64,000 nucleotides of DNA from Caulobacteraceae bacterium. GTDB lineage: Bacteria; Pseudomonadota; Alphaproteobacteria; Caulobacterales; Caulobacteraceae. Below the pieces are notes generated by a model that was given only the letters and a program-made list of their open reading frames with translations, made no database searches and was not told where the DNA came from. Both the position numbers and the translations under genes were made by a program. Positions 42,401 to 52,612 of this stretch are shown here, piece by piece. The stretch spans positions 91,559 through 155,558 of the forward strand of contig JBBARR010000001.1 in assembly GCA_040399645.1 (NCBI GenBank), in the 5' to 3' direction. The stretch's first letter is position 1. The number at the start of each line of letters is the position of its first letter.

Positions 42401-42810
42401 GCTTCATCGCCCTGCCGCAGATCTGGTTGTTTCAGATTGTCTTGGCCGTAGTGGCCCCATTGGTCGATCTGGCTGTGGTCTGGGGCTTGGTCAGCGCAAT
42501 CTTGGCCCACATTGCCCATCCGATAGAATGGTCACCGGATGAGACAACCAATATCTTGCTCTATTGGGGCGTCTTTGTGCTGATTGACCTGATGGCCGGA
42601 GTGATGGGGATGGCGATGGAGCGTGAAGCGCCTTGGTCTGACCTGCCTTGGCTACCGCTTCAGCGGTTTGGCTATCGTCAATTGATGTATTCGGTCGTGG
42701 TCCGGGCAGTGATCACAGCCGTGCGCGGCCCACAGGTTGGTTGGGGTAAGCTGGAACGGCGCGGAACCGCCTCAGCACCCCTATTTGGGCCTAAGTCTTC
42801 AGGGGGTTGA
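39433..42810 (+). CDS. Multidomain GH18-like / CE4 polysaccharide deacetylase / family-2 processive glycosyltransferase membrane protein
   Basis: 1125 aa with an N-terminal TM anchor. The GH18-like region runs LTVGFYVSWD...GGYVFDLE. The CE4 motifs are TFDDG, HTYTH, RLFRPPFF and VLLHD. The GT2 motifs are LIPCFNEE, DDGS, DAD, AEDQD and QRFRW. TM helices lie between CE4 and GT2 and at the C-terminus. Confidence 0.92.
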   Translation: MASSIFHDPSGQRARRAGLVLVLVVSGILAVIAAFFMTLATAPRLPDMQLRDPRALSALHRENVHSLKTEPGWTRVPHPHMATRGGQAKPLTVGFYVSWDELSRHSLTDHLAQLDVVAPQWIALKDAKGAITLTEDPQATAMIAAAAHRPSVLPVLFNAKNMAFNGEMADRLLADPVARKRMVAQLVDLAKRRGYGGYVFDLENLSTAGLKAYPSFVAQAVAALRPLGREVWVTAPMDDPEWPLAKLQKASDSLMLMAYDEHWLTGDPGPVAGQDWYQSHMAESFRVLDPAKTMMILGAYGYDWTLASGTSKGRADVLTFHEASVLARDAGADVRMDHASLNPGFAYQDDQKQQHAVWFLDAPTLFNQIKVADAWHPRAYGVWRLGSEDPGIWPLLGKPYGTASSVGLTKMGPGEGVDFDGTGEVLYVASTPSAGKRSFTVDPTRGLIVDQHYEVLPSSYEIKRYGAHPGLVALTFDDGPDPRWTPDILDILKEKKAPATFFIIGENMQTWPDLVQRELDEGHMVGSHTYTHPNIGEISAVQTTLELNVTQRLFETLTGRSMRLFRPPFFGDAEPSTPREVAPILAAQKQGYLTVGLRIDPDDWQKPDATLIVERTLARLADENPETGGQVVLLHDSGGNREHTVAALPKLIDALRAHGYRLVTVSELAGLSPRLAMPPTTRGDLDITLDRWGFGFFRIVNAFLRVLFITAIALGVARLAFLASLSLVHRFAVEVRTPPELDPTTGPMVTVLIPCFNEEKVIVNSVGQILASNWSQMEVIVLDDGSKDRTAALVMEAFKDHPQVRLMSFENGGKALALNRGLVEAKGDIIVALDADTLFAPEALGRLARWFVDPQIGAVAGNALVGNRLNLITRWQALEYVTAQNLERRALAALGAVTVVPGAVGAWRKSALIDLGGYPPNTLAEDQDLTIAVQRAGWDVAFDPDARAYTEAPDTVAGLLKQRFRWSFGTLQCLWKHRDGLFSFKSPVLGFIALPQIWLFQIVLAVVAPLVDLAVVWGLVSAILAHIAHPIEWSPDETTNILLYWGVFVLIDLMAGVMGMAMEREAPWSDLPWLPLQRFGYRQLMYSVVVRAVITAVRGPQVGWGKLERRGTASAPLFGPKSSGG

Positions 42811-43075
42811 ATTTCCTCTGTGGCTCGGTTGATTTGGCCAGAAGGGGGCGTTCATAGCCCGATGCTGGGCGTCTGTTCTGGTGGTGGGCGCAATGGCGCA
42901 AAATCCCACTGCCCACGTCGCGCCCGATAAAGAACAAATTCGGCGCAAAGCGTGTTTTCCTTGGCCTGTTTGGTTGCGCCTGCGGCTAGCCATCTCTATA
43001 ACCCGGTTCCAGATTGGTGCTGAACCTATGTTCGGTGCTGTGTTTTCCGCGATCTTCTAGCCGCGACCGGACCTC

Positions 43076-44245
43076 ATGAACATTCACGAGCATCAAGCCA
43101 AGGCCGTCCTCAAAGAGTTCGGCGTTCCTGTTCCACGCGGCTTTGCCGCCTTTACGGTCGATGAGGCCGTTAAGGGTGCTGAAGTACTCGGCGGCCCTGT
43201 CTGGGTCGTCAAGGCTCAGATCCACGCCGGTGGCCGTGGAAAGGGCGGCGGCGTTAAGGTCGTCAAGTCGATCGACGCTGTTCGCGAAGAGGCGACCCGC
43301 ATGCTGGGCATGACGCTGGTCACCCATCAGACCGGCCCCGCTGGCCGCTTAGTTCGCCGCCTCTATGTCGAAGAGGGCGCGGCCATTGCTCGCGAGCTTT
43401 ATCTGTCCTTGCTGGTTGACCGGGTCACGTCTCGCGTGTCCGTCGTCGCCTCGACCGAGGGCGGCATGGACATTGAGGAAGTGGCAGCCCACACGCCTGA
43501 AAAGATCATGGCCTTCTCGATCGACCCTGCGACCGGTGTTTTCCCGCACCATGCCCGGACCTTAGCATCGTCCTTGGGCCTGACCGGTGCAGCAGCCAAA
43601 CAGATCCAAACCCTCCTGCCTTCGCTCTATAAGGCCTTTGTCGAGCGCGACATGGAGATGTTGGAAATCAATCCTCTGATCGTCACTGCCGACGACCAAC
43701 TCCGCGTCCTCGATGCAAAGATCTCGTTCGACAGCAACGCCCTCTATCGTCAACCGGAAATGCGCGAGCTACGCGACATGACCGAAGAGGACGAAAAAGA
43801 GATCGAGGCCTCCAAGTACGATTTGTCCTATATCACGCTCGACGGCGAAATTGGCTGTATGGTCAATGGTGCGGGTCTGGCCATGGCGACCATGGACATT
43901 ATTAAGCTCTATGGGGCTGAGCCTGCCAACTTCCTCGACGTTGGTGGCGGCGCTTCTAAGGAAAAGGTTACGGCAGCCTTCAAGATCATCACCTCCGATC
44001 CGGCGGTGAAGGGGATCTTGGTTAATATCTTCGGCGGCATCATGCGCTGTGACATTATCGCCGAAGGCGTGGTGGCTGCGGTCAAGGAAGTCGGCCTGAA
44101 GGTGCCTCTGGTGGTTCGTTTAGAGGGCACCAATGTCGCCCTCGGCAAGCAGATTATCAATGAGAGCGGCCTAAACGTCATCGCAGCGAACGACCTGTCG
44201 GACGCCGCAGAAAAAATCGTCAAGGCCGTGCGGGCCGGAAACTGA
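43076..44245 (+). CDS. sucC: Succinyl-CoA synthetase beta subunit (ADP-forming)
   Basis: It has [22 protein letters not shown]...[17 protein letters not shown]. Confidence 0.97.
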   Translation: MNIHEHQAKAVLKEFGVPVPRGFAAFTVDEAVKGAEVLGGPVWVVKAQIHAGGRGKGGGVKVVKSIDAVREEATRMLGMTLVTHQTGPAGRLVRRLYVEEGAAIARELYLSLLVDRVTSRVSVVASTEGGMDIEEVAAHTPEKIMAFSIDPATGVFPHHARTLASSLGLTGAAAKQIQTLLPSLYKAFVERDMEMLEINPLIVTADDQLRVLDAKISFDSNALYRQPEMRELRDMTEEDEKEIEASKYDLSYITLDGEIGCMVNGAGLAMATMDIIKLYGAEPANFLDVGGGASKEKVTAAFKIITSDPAVKGILVNIFGGIMRCDIIAEGVVAAVKEVGLKVPLVVRLEGTNVALGKQIINESGLNVIAANDLSDAAEKIVKAVRAGN

Positions 44246-44298
44246 GCTGGATCCCACTGGATCCGAAGATCGATTTCTAGAAAGCTGAAGCAGGGCGC

Positions 44299-45177
44299 AT
44301 GTCCATCCTGATCGACAAGAATACCAAAGTTATCTGCCAGGGAATCACCGGTTCTCAGGGCACCTTCCATACCGAGCAGGCCATGGCCTATGGCACGCAG
44401 ATGGTCGCTGGGGTTACCCCCGGCAAGGGCGGCATGACCCATGTTGGCCTACCCGTTTATGACACGGTCGCTGAAGCGCGCGAGCGCACGGGAGCAACGG
44501 CTTCGGCTATCTATGTGCCACCGCCCTTCGCCGCTGACTCGATCCTGGAGGCCATTGCCGCTGAGGTCCCGTTGATCGTCTGTATCACCGAAGGCATCCC
44601 TGTGGCCGACATGGTCAAGGTTCGCCGCGCGCTGGACGGGTCCAAGTCGCGTCTGATCGGTCCAAATTGCCCCGGCGTCCTGACGCCTGATCAGTGCAAG
44701 ATCGGGATCATGCCCGGAAATATCTTCTCCAATGGCTCGGTCGGCGTTGTTTCTCGCTCCGGCACGCTTACCTACGAGGCTGTGTTCCAGACCACGAACG
44801 TGGGCTTGGGTCAGACCACAGCGGTCGGTATTGGCGGCGATCCGGTCAAGGGCACCGAGTTCATCGACATTCTGGAAATGTTCTTGGCCGACGAAGCCAC
44901 CAAGTCGATCATCATGATCGGTGAAATTGGCGGCTCTGCCGAAGAGGATGCTGCGGACTTCATTAAGCATTCCAAGATTAAAAAGCCTATGGTCGGGTTC
45001 ATCGCCGGCCGTACAGCCCCTCCGGGGCGTCGGATGGGTCACGCGGGCGCGATCATCTCCGGCGGCAAGGGTGGCGCTGAAGATAAGATTGCAGCGATGG
45101 AGGCCGCGGGTATCCGCGTGTCACCGTCTCCCGCAGCACTGGGCCAGACCTTGGTCGAGTTGCTTAAGAGCCTGTGA
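44299..45177 (+). CDS. sucD: Succinyl-CoA synthetase alpha subunit
   Basis: It has [24 protein letters not shown]...MGHAGAI. Confidence 0.97.
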   Translation: MSILIDKNTKVICQGITGSQGTFHTEQAMAYGTQMVAGVTPGKGGMTHVGLPVYDTVAEARERTGATASAIYVPPPFAADSILEAIAAEVPLIVCITEGIPVADMVKVRRALDGSKSRLIGPNCPGVLTPDQCKIGIMPGNIFSNGSVGVVSRSGTLTYEAVFQTTNVGLGQTTAVGIGGDPVKGTEFIDILEMFLADEATKSIIMIGEIGGSAEEDAADFIKHSKIKKPMVGFIAGRTAPPGRRMGHAGAIISGGKGGAEDKIAAMEAAGIRVSPSPAALGQTLVELLKSL

Positions 45178-45245
45178 TCTACACACGCAAGGGAGCGATC
45201 CGCATCGGCTGATGTCCTGCGGCGGATTGCCTAGGAACGAAGACT

Positions 45246-48197
45246 ATGGCGGACGATACCGGGCGGCTGAATCAACTTCTTGAGCAGACCTCCTTCCTCT
45301 ACGGCGGCAACAGTGCATTCGTAGAGGCGCTCTATGCGCGGTGGGCGAAAGACCCCGCCTCTGTAGAGCCGTCGTGGCAGGTCTTTTTCGCCGGTCTGCA
45401 TGAGCCGACTGCCGATGCGGTTGATGCGGTCCGCAAGCCCGATTGGGTTGGCGGCCAAACCCCTCAGGCCCGTCCCGACTGGCTATCGGCCCTTGACGGC
45501 CAGTGGCCAGCGGTCGAGGCCAAGATCGCTCAAAAAATTACCGATAAGGCTCCAGCGGCTACGCCCGAAGCGGTTCGCGCCGCCACGCTCGACAGCCTGC
45601 GCGCCATTATGATGATCCGCGCCTATCGGATGCGCGGCCACCTGGCCGCCAATCTTGATCCCTTGGGCCTCAACGAAAAGCCCGATACGACAGAGCTGGA
45701 TCCTGCCAGCTATGGTTTCTCTGAGGCCGACTATGACCGGCCGATCTTCCTAGATTATGTTCTGGGCCTCGAGACCAGCACCATGCGTGAGATCGTCTCG
45801 ATCCTTCGCCGCACCTACTGTGGCAATGTCGGCGTGCAATATATGCACATCTCCGACCCGGTCGAAAAGCAGTGGCTGCAGGAGCGGATCGAAGGCAAGG
45901 ACAAGGAAATCACCTTCACGCCTCAGGGCAAGGTGGCGATCCTCAAGAAGCTGATTGAGGCTGAGGGCTTTGAGCGCTTCCTGCATAAACGTTTCCCCGG
46001 CACCAAGCGTTTTGGTCTGGATGGCGGTGAGGCTACAGTACCGGCGCTCGAACAGATCATCAAGCGCGGCGGGGCTCTGGGCGTCGACGATATCGTCATT
46101 GGCATGCCGCACCGTGGCCGCCTAAACGTGTTGGCCGCCGTGATGGGCAAGCCCTATCGCGTCATTTTCCACGAGTTCCAAGGCGGCTCTTCCGTGCCCT
46201 TCGATATCGGTGGTTCAGGCGATGTAAAATATCATATGGGCGCCTCGTCGGACCGAAGCTTCGACGACAATAATGTCCACCTGTCCCTAACCGCTAACCC
46301 GTCTCACCTCGAGATCGTCAATCCGGTGGTGCTGGGCAAGGCCCGCGCCAAGCAGGCGGAAAAGCTTCGTCAAGACCCAGAGGGCGGTCGCGGTCACGTG
46401 CTGCCTCTGCTGCTCCACGGTGATGCGGCCTTCGCTGGTCAAGGCGTGGTGGCCGAATGTTTCGCCCTGATGGGGCTGAAGGGCTATCGCACCGGCGGCA
46501 CCATCCACTTCATCGTCAATAATCAGATCGGCTTTACCACCAGCCCCCGCTTCTCGCGTTCGTCCCCCTATCCGTCGGACGTGGCTTTGATGGTTGAGGC
46601 CCCGATCCTGCACGCCAATGGGGACGACCCAGAGGCCGTGGTCTTTGCCGCCAAGGTCGCCACCGAATATCGTCAGAAGTTCGGTAAGGACGTGGTCATC
46701 GATATGTTCTGTTATCGCCGGTTCGGCCATAATGAGGGCGACGATCCGACCATGACCCAACCCCTGATGTACGCCAAGATCAAGGGCCACCCCTCGACCC
46801 GTGAAATCTATAGCCAGCGCCTTATCGAACAGGGTGTTGTTACGGCTGCTGAGCTTGATGGTTGGTTGAAGGGCTTTGAGTCCTTTCTCGATGCCGAATT
46901 TGAGGCCGGTAAGGCCTATAAGGCCGACAAGGCCGACTGGCTCGACGGCGCTTGGAGCGGCTTTGCTCGCCCCGACGGTGATGATCGCAAGTTCGATACG
47001 GCCGTGTCGCTGCAAAAGCTCAAGGATATCGGCTCTCGCCTGGCCACGGTCCCAAACCACATTGACGTGCACAAGACCGTCAAACGCGTGGTTGAAGGAC
47101 GCCGTACCGCCATTGAATCCGGTGAGGGTCTGGACTGGTCCACCGGCGAACATCTGGCCTTCGCGACCCTGCTCGATGAGGGCTTCCCTGTACGTCTGTC
47201 TGGCCAAGACAGCGTGCGCGGCACCTTCGTTCAACGCCATTCGGACCTGATCGATCAGACCACTGAAGAGCACTATACGCCGCTGAACAATGTCCGCCCG
47301 GGTCAGGCCCATTATGAGGTCATCGACTCGCTGCTGTCAGAAGAGGCGGTGCTTGGCTTTGAATATGGTTTCAGCCTTGCCGACCCCAATACCTTGGTGA
47401 TGTGGGAAGCGCAGTTTGGCGACTTTGCCAACGGCGCGCAGGTGGTGGTGGATCAGTTCGTTAGCTCTGGCGAACGCAAATGGCTGCGGATGAGCGGTCT
47501 GGTCATGCTGTTGCCGCACGGCTATGAGGGCCAGGGTCCCGAGCACTCCTCGGCCCGTCTTGAGCGCTATCTGCAAAGCTGTGCCGAAGACAATATGCAG
47601 GTGGTCAATGTCTCGACCCCGGCCAACTATTTCCACGCCCTGCGTCGTCAGATGCACCGGCCGTTCCGCAAGCCCTTGGTAGTGATGACGCCCAAGTCCT
47701 TGCTGCGCCATAAGAAGGCGGTCTCCAAGCTGACGGATATGGCCGATGGCTCGTCGTTCCACCGCGTTTTGTGGGATGATGCCGAGATCAATCCGGCCCT
47801 AACTTCGACCAAGCTGAAGTCGGACGATCAGATCCGCCGTGTGATCATGTGCTCTGGCAAGGTCTATTATGACCTGCTGGACGATCGCGAAAAGCGCGGC
47901 ATTGACGATGTCTATCTGCTGCGCTTGGAACAGTTCTATCCTTGGCCCGTTAAGTCTGTGACCAAGGAGCTGTCGCGCTTCAAGAACGCTGAGCTCGTCT
48001 GGTGTCAGGAAGAGCCCAAGAACATGGGGGCCTGGACCTTTGTGGATCCTTGGATCGAGCTGACCTTGGCCAAGATGAAGATCAAGGCCAAGCGCGCCCG
48101 TTATGTCGGACGTCCGGCCTCGGCCTCCACGGCGGCGGGCCTGATGAGCCGTCACGTGAAAGAACTTGAAACCTTCCTCGGTGAGGCCTTCGCCTGA
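45246..48197 (+). CDS. sucA: 2-oxoglutarate dehydrogenase E1 component
   Basis: 983 aa with FLYGGNSAFVEALY...RAYRMRGH...HGDAAFAGQGVV...LLPHGYEGQGPEHSSAR. Confidence 0.97.
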   Translation: MADDTGRLNQLLEQTSFLYGGNSAFVEALYARWAKDPASVEPSWQVFFAGLHEPTADAVDAVRKPDWVGGQTPQARPDWLSALDGQWPAVEAKIAQKITDKAPAATPEAVRAATLDSLRAIMMIRAYRMRGHLAANLDPLGLNEKPDTTELDPASYGFSEADYDRPIFLDYVLGLETSTMREIVSILRRTYCGNVGVQYMHISDPVEKQWLQERIEGKDKEITFTPQGKVAILKKLIEAEGFERFLHKRFPGTKRFGLDGGEATVPALEQIIKRGGALGVDDIVIGMPHRGRLNVLAAVMGKPYRVIFHEFQGGSSVPFDIGGSGDVKYHMGASSDRSFDDNNVHLSLTANPSHLEIVNPVVLGKARAKQAEKLRQDPEGGRGHVLPLLLHGDAAFAGQGVVAECFALMGLKGYRTGGTIHFIVNNQIGFTTSPRFSRSSPYPSDVALMVEAPILHANGDDPEAVVFAAKVATEYRQKFGKDVVIDMFCYRRFGHNEGDDPTMTQPLMYAKIKGHPSTREIYSQRLIEQGVVTAAELDGWLKGFESFLDAEFEAGKAYKADKADWLDGAWSGFARPDGDDRKFDTAVSLQKLKDIGSRLATVPNHIDVHKTVKRVVEGRRTAIESGEGLDWSTGEHLAFATLLDEGFPVRLSGQDSVRGTFVQRHSDLIDQTTEEHYTPLNNVRPGQAHYEVIDSLLSEEAVLGFEYGFSLADPNTLVMWEAQFGDFANGAQVVVDQFVSSGERKWLRMSGLVMLLPHGYEGQGPEHSSARLERYLQSCAEDNMQVVNVSTPANYFHALRRQMHRPFRKPLVVMTPKSLLRHKKAVSKLTDMADGSSFHRVLWDDAEINPALTSTKLKSDDQIRRVIMCSGKVYYDLLDDREKRGIDDVYLLRLEQFYPWPVKSVTKELSRFKNAELVWCQEEPKNMGAWTFVDPWIELTLAKMKIKAKRARYVGRPASASTAAGLMSRHVKELETFLGEAFA

Positions 48198-48257
48198 GCG
48201 AGTCCCGCCCTTGGGACGCGACCGCGTCCTGCCGTTTTGACTGGAGTAGATAGACCG

Positions 48258-49469
48258 ATGGCCGACATCATGACCCCCGCCCTTGGCGAGTCCGTTGCCG
48301 AAGCGACCGTGGCCCGCTGGACCAAAAAGGTTGGCGATGCGGTCAAGCGTGACGAGATGCTGATCGAGCTGGAAACCGATAAGGTCAGCCTCGAGGTTGC
48401 CTCTCCGGCTGACGGCGTCTTGACCGAGATCTTGGCCGCTGAGGGCGACACGGTCCTTCCGGGCGCTCTGCTTGGCCGGGTGACCGCTGGCGCGGCGGCG
48501 AGCCCTTCGGCTCCTGCCCCTGTCGCAGCCCCTGTCGCAGCACCCTTCGTAGCCCCTGTTCCGGCACCTATACCGGCCCCCGTCGCCGCTGCGGCTCCTG
48601 TTGCCCCCTCGGTGCGCCGGATCGCGGCAGAAACCGGTCTCGACACCAGCACGGTTGCTGGGTCTGGCAAGGATGGCCGCGTGACCAAGGGCGACGCCCT
48701 TGCTGCCCTTGAGGCCCGCGCTGCTGCCCCTAAAGTCGTCGCCGCCCCCTCCGCACCGCGTCCGGTTCATGAGCGTGAAGATCGGGTCAAGATGACCCGC
48801 CTACGCCAGACCATCGCCCGTCGCCTTAAGGAAGCTCAGAACACCGCCGCTATGCTCACGACCTTTAACGAGGTTGATATGAGCGCGGTTATGGCCCTGC
48901 GTAATCAATATAAGGACGTGTTCGAAAAGCGCCATGGGGTGAAGCTCGGCTTCATGTCCTTCTTTGTGAAGGCCTGCGTTGAGGCCCTCAAGGACGTGCC
49001 CGACGTCAATGCTGAGATCGATGGCACCGACCTGATCTACAAGAACCATTATGACATCGGCGTCGCGGTCGGCACCGAAAAGGGTCTGGTCGTGCCGGTG
49101 GTGCGCGATGCTGAGACCCTCAGCCTGGCCGGCATTGAAAAGGCCATTGGTGCGCTGGGCAAGAAGGCCCGTGACGGCCAACTGTCTATCGACGACATGC
49201 AGGGCGGCACCTTCACTATCTCCAATGGCGGGGTCTATGGCTCGCTGATGTCGACCCCGATCCTCAATACGCCCCAGTCGGGCATCTTGGGCATGCACAA
49301 GATTCAGGACCGTCCGATGGTGATCGGCGGTCAGATCGTCGTGCGTCCAATGATGTATCTGGCCCTCAGCTATGACCACCGCGTGGTTGATGGCCAAGGC
49401 GCCGTGACCTTCCTGGTCAAGGTGAAGGACTATATCGAAGATCCTCAGCGCCTGCTGCTAGACCTCTAA
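48258..49469 (+). CDS. sucB: Dihydrolipoyllysine-residue succinyltransferase (E2o)
   Basis: It has a lipoyl domain ([11 protein letters not shown]), an Ala/Pro linker and a catalytic domain ([10 protein letters not shown]). The ATG at 48258 has a GGAG Shine-Dalgarno and is preferred over the TTG at 48237. Confidence 0.96.
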   Translation: MADIMTPALGESVAEATVARWTKKVGDAVKRDEMLIELETDKVSLEVASPADGVLTEILAAEGDTVLPGALLGRVTAGAAASPSAPAPVAAPVAAPFVAPVPAPIPAPVAAAAPVAPSVRRIAAETGLDTSTVAGSGKDGRVTKGDALAALEARAAAPKVVAAPSAPRPVHEREDRVKMTRLRQTIARRLKEAQNTAAMLTTFNEVDMSAVMALRNQYKDVFEKRHGVKLGFMSFFVKACVEALKDVPDVNAEIDGTDLIYKNHYDIGVAVGTEKGLVVPVVRDAETLSLAGIEKAIGALGKKARDGQLSIDDMQGGTFTISNGGVYGSLMSTPILNTPQSGILGMHKIQDRPMVIGGQIVVRPMMYLALSYDHRVVDGQGAVTFLVKVKDYIEDPQRLLLDL

Positions 49470-49544
49470 TCGGCGGGCCGAGAACACCGGTCCTTACCGT
49501 TTCTTTTCATTGATCTATCAACGACCCAAAGCGGATTAAAGTTC

Positions 49545-50942
49545 ATGGCCCAGTACGACGTCGTCATTATCGGGGGCGGCCCCGGCGGCTACAATGCGGC
49601 GATCCGCGCCGGCCAGCTTGGCCTTAAGGTCGCCTGTATCGAGGGGCGCGGCACCCTTGGCGGTACCTGCCTGAATGTCGGATGCATCCCCTCCAAGGCG
49701 ATGTTGCATGCCTCCGAGCTCTATGAACTGGCGAACAAGGATTTCGCCAAGATGGGCATCGACGGCAAGGTCACGGTCAATCTGCCGATCATGCTGCAAC
49801 AGAAGGCCGACAGCGTTCAGGCCCTGACCAAGGGCATTGAGTTCCTGCTTAAGAAAAACAAGGTCGACTATATCAAGGGCTGGGGCAAGATTACCGGTTC
49901 GGGCAAGGTCGTGGTCAAGGCCGAGGACGGCACCGAGACAGTCCTCGAGACCCTCAATATCGTGATTGCCACGGGCTCTGAGCCCACCCCCCTGCCGGGC
50001 GTCGATGTCGATCAAAAGCGGATCATCGATTCGACCGGCGCTCTGGCCATTCCAGAAATCCCCAAATCGATGGTCGTCATTGGGGCGGGCATTATCGGGC
50101 TGGAGCTCGGGTCAGTCTGGCGCCGCCTTGGGGCCGAGGTGACGGTGGTGGAATATCTGGACCGGATTACCCCGGGCATGGACGCCGAAACCGCCAAGAC
50201 CTTCCAGCGCATCCTGACCAAGCAGGGCATAAAGTTCAAGCTTGGCACCAAGGTTACCGGGGCCAAGGCCTCTAAGACCAGCGTGGCCCTGACGGTTGAG
50301 CCTTCGGCCGGCGGTGTGGCTGAGACGTTGAATGCCGACTATGTGCTGGTCGCCATTGGTCGACGTCCGTACACGGATGGTTCGGGTCTCGAGACCGTTG
50401 GGATCGTGCCGGACAAGCGCGGTTTCATCACCAACGATCACTTCAAGACCTCGGCCCCGGGTGTCTGGGTGGTCGGTGACGCCACCTATGGCCCCATGCT
50501 TGCTCACAAGGCTGAAGATGACGGCGTAGCCTGTATCGAACTGATCGCGGGCAAGGCCGGTCACGTGAACTATGATCTGGTCCCCAGTGTCGTCTACACC
50601 TTCCCAGAGGTGGCCTGGGTCGGCAAGAATGAGGAAGAGCTCAAGGCTGCAGGGATCGCTTACAAGTCTGGTAAGTTCCCTTTCACAGCCAATAGCCGCG
50701 CCAAGATCAACCATGAGGGCGAGGGCTTTGTGAAGGTGCTGGCCGACGCCACCACTGACCAGATCCTCGGCGTCCATATGATCGGCCCACAGGTCGGCGA
50801 GATGATCGGCGAATATTGCGTGGCTATGGAGTTTTCGGCCTCGTCAGAAGATGTGGCCCGTACCAGCCACCCCCACCCGACTCGCTCTGAAGCCCTGCGC
50901 CAGGCCGCCATGGGCGTCGAGGGCTGGACCATGCAGGCCTAA
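49545..50942 (+). CDS. lpdA: Dihydrolipoyl dehydrogenase (E3)
   Basis: It has GGGPGGY, the redox-active [13 protein letters not shown] and HPHPTRSE. Confidence 0.97.
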   Translation: MAQYDVVIIGGGPGGYNAAIRAGQLGLKVACIEGRGTLGGTCLNVGCIPSKAMLHASELYELANKDFAKMGIDGKVTVNLPIMLQQKADSVQALTKGIEFLLKKNKVDYIKGWGKITGSGKVVVKAEDGTETVLETLNIVIATGSEPTPLPGVDVDQKRIIDSTGALAIPEIPKSMVVIGAGIIGLELGSVWRRLGAEVTVVEYLDRITPGMDAETAKTFQRILTKQGIKFKLGTKVTGAKASKTSVALTVEPSAGGVAETLNADYVLVAIGRRPYTDGSGLETVGIVPDKRGFITNDHFKTSAPGVWVVGDATYGPMLAHKAEDDGVACIELIAGKAGHVNYDLVPSVVYTFPEVAWVGKNEEELKAAGIAYKSGKFPFTANSRAKINHEGEGFVKVLADATTDQILGVHMIGPQVGEMIGEYCVAMEFSASSEDVARTSHPHPTRSEALRQAAMGVEGWTMQA

Positions 50943-50980
50943 GTTAGGCATCAGCCAATCAGACGGTTTTGGGCGCATCC

Positions 50981-51928
50981 TCAGGCATGGGGGTGCGCCT
51001 TTTCGTAGGCCGCCATCAGGCCTGCCGCATCGACATCCGTATAGCGCTGGGTGGTGGAGAGGGACGCGTGGCCGAGCAGGTCCTGAATGGCGCGAAGGTC
51101 GGCTCCTGCTCCTAACAGGTGAGTGGCGAAGGAGTGCCTAAGGGCATGGGGCGTTGCGCTATCGGGCAGGCCCAATCGCCCGCGCAGGTTTTGCATCAGG
51201 GCTTGGGCGTGCCGCGGACTATAGGCCCCGCCGCGTTTGGCCCGGAAAAGCGCGTCTTCGGCCGTTAGCTTGAACGGCACCTCGGCCAGATAGACCTCTA
51301 CCGCCTCGGTCACGGCAGGCAGGACCGGTACTATGCGGGTCTTGCCGCCCTTACCGGTGATCCGTACCGAGCCCTGCAGCGGCACATCGGCGAAGGTTAG
51401 GGACAGGGCCTCGGAAATGCGCAGGCCGCAGCCATAGAGCAGGGTCAGGACGGCGCAGTCGCGCGCTACCTCCCACGGCTCGTGCTCCAGATCGCTGGCC
51501 GCCTCCTCGATCAGACCAAAGGCCTGATCCTCACTGACGGGACGCGGCACGCCGGGCTTGACCCTGGGGCCGCGCACGAGACTCATGGCGGCATTGGGCA
51601 TGCCCATGCGCCGGTCAAGCCAGCGATGGAACGAGCGAATGGCTGACAGGGCTTGCGACAGCGAGCGCGGCGATAGGGGCCGCTCGCACTGGACGCGGCT
51701 CGACAGATAGGACCGCACCTCGGCGGCCGTGACCCTGCCCAGATCGGCAAAGCGCAGGGGCTCGCCGCGATGGGTCTCGATGAAATAGAGATAGGGCCCG
51801 ACACAGTCGCCATAAGCCCGTAAGGTGCGTGGCGAAGACCGACGCTCATGATCCATGTAGGTCAGCCAAGCGCGCAGCCCGTCCTGGGCAGTGCTCAGGC
51901 CGCTTGGCCGGTCTAAAGCACCGGCCAT
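50981..51928 (-). CDS. xerC: Tyrosine recombinase XerC
   Basis: It has the R..H.LRHSFATHLL..G.DLR..Q.LLGH....TTQ.YT catalytic region. It sits downstream of a DUF484 gene, the yigA-xerC arrangement. Confidence 0.9.
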   Translation of the reverse strand: MAGALDRPSGLSTAQDGLRAWLTYMDHERRSSPRTLRAYGDCVGPYLYFIETHRGEPLRFADLGRVTAAEVRSYLSSRVQCERPLSPRSLSQALSAIRSFHRWLDRRMGMPNAAMSLVRGPRVKPGVPRPVSEDQAFGLIEEAASDLEHEPWEVARDCAVLTLLYGCGLRISEALSLTFADVPLQGSVRITGKGGKTRIVPVLPAVTEAVEVYLAEVPFKLTAEDALFRAKRGGAYSPRHAQALMQNLRGRLGLPDSATPHALRHSFATHLLGAGADLRAIQDLLGHASLSTTQRYTDVDAAGLMAAYEKAHPHA

Positions 51929-52599
51929 CGCTCTGCCGTCCGTTCCACGACCCGCGCCAAGAAGGCGACCAGTTCAGCGCCCATGTCCGGGGTAAAGCCC
52001 TCCGGATCGGAGGAGCCAAAGGCCAAGACCCCTTGGCGGGCGGGGTTCCAAAGGACAATCCGCACCAGAGCAACGCTTTGGATGCGCTCGGCATCTTCGC
52101 CAAAGAGCACATCGGCGAGCCGTGGCTCACCAAGCCGAGACTGTCCCTCATGGCCGAGCACCGAATCGACCGTGCCTGGACCCAAAGCGCGCCAACCGGC
52201 AGGGGTCCGCTCCGGTCCCTCAAGGCCAATGACCCCGCAGGACAGGCCAAAACGCAGTTGGGCCGCATCGTTTAGCCGCCGCGCCAGATCCGAATGGTTG
52301 CGTGCCTCCAGCAAGTCACAGACCGCCGCATAGGACTGGGCCTGGGCGGCAAAGTTGGCCTCTGCCGTGTCTTCCATTTCCTTGCGAGCGCTCGATTCGC
52401 GAGACTTGGCAGCGCTCAGGCGGGCCAGAGCGGCGGGACCAAATTCGACCACGTTGGCCGCATTGATCCGAAGGCCAAGCTCTTGCAACAGAGCCTCGTC
52501 CTCCCGAATTAGGCTGGGATGTTGGACGAGAAAATCCCGCACCTGATGCCAGTCGGCGTCCCGGTCCTTGTCACTTTGGGTTGGTGGTTGATCGCTCAC
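51913..52599 (-). CDS. DUF484 family protein
   Basis: It has the VRDFLVQHPSLIREDEALLQELGL pattern. The GTG at 52599, 14 nt after the tal stop, is preferred over the ATG at 52662, which would overlap tal by 50 nt. Confidence 0.8.
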   Translation of the reverse strand: MSDQPPTQSDKDRDADWHQVRDFLVQHPSLIREDEALLQELGLRINAANVVEFGPAALARLSAAKSRESSARKEMEDTAEANFAAQAQSYAAVCDLLEARNHSDLARRLNDAAQLRFGLSCGVIGLEGPERTPAGWRALGPGTVDSVLGHEGQSRLGEPRLADVLFGEDAERIQSVALVRIVLWNPARQGVLAFGSSDPEGFTPDMGAELVAFLARVVERTAERWPVL

Positions 52600-52612
52600 G
52601 GCGTGCCCGTCC

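Noticed and set aside
50943-50990. Hairpin GGCGCA...TGCGCC followed by TTTTCG as an lpdA terminator.
   Set aside because: The loop is long (16 nt) and the structure lies mostly inside the 3' end of the convergent xerC coding sequence. The evidence is too weak to report as a feature.
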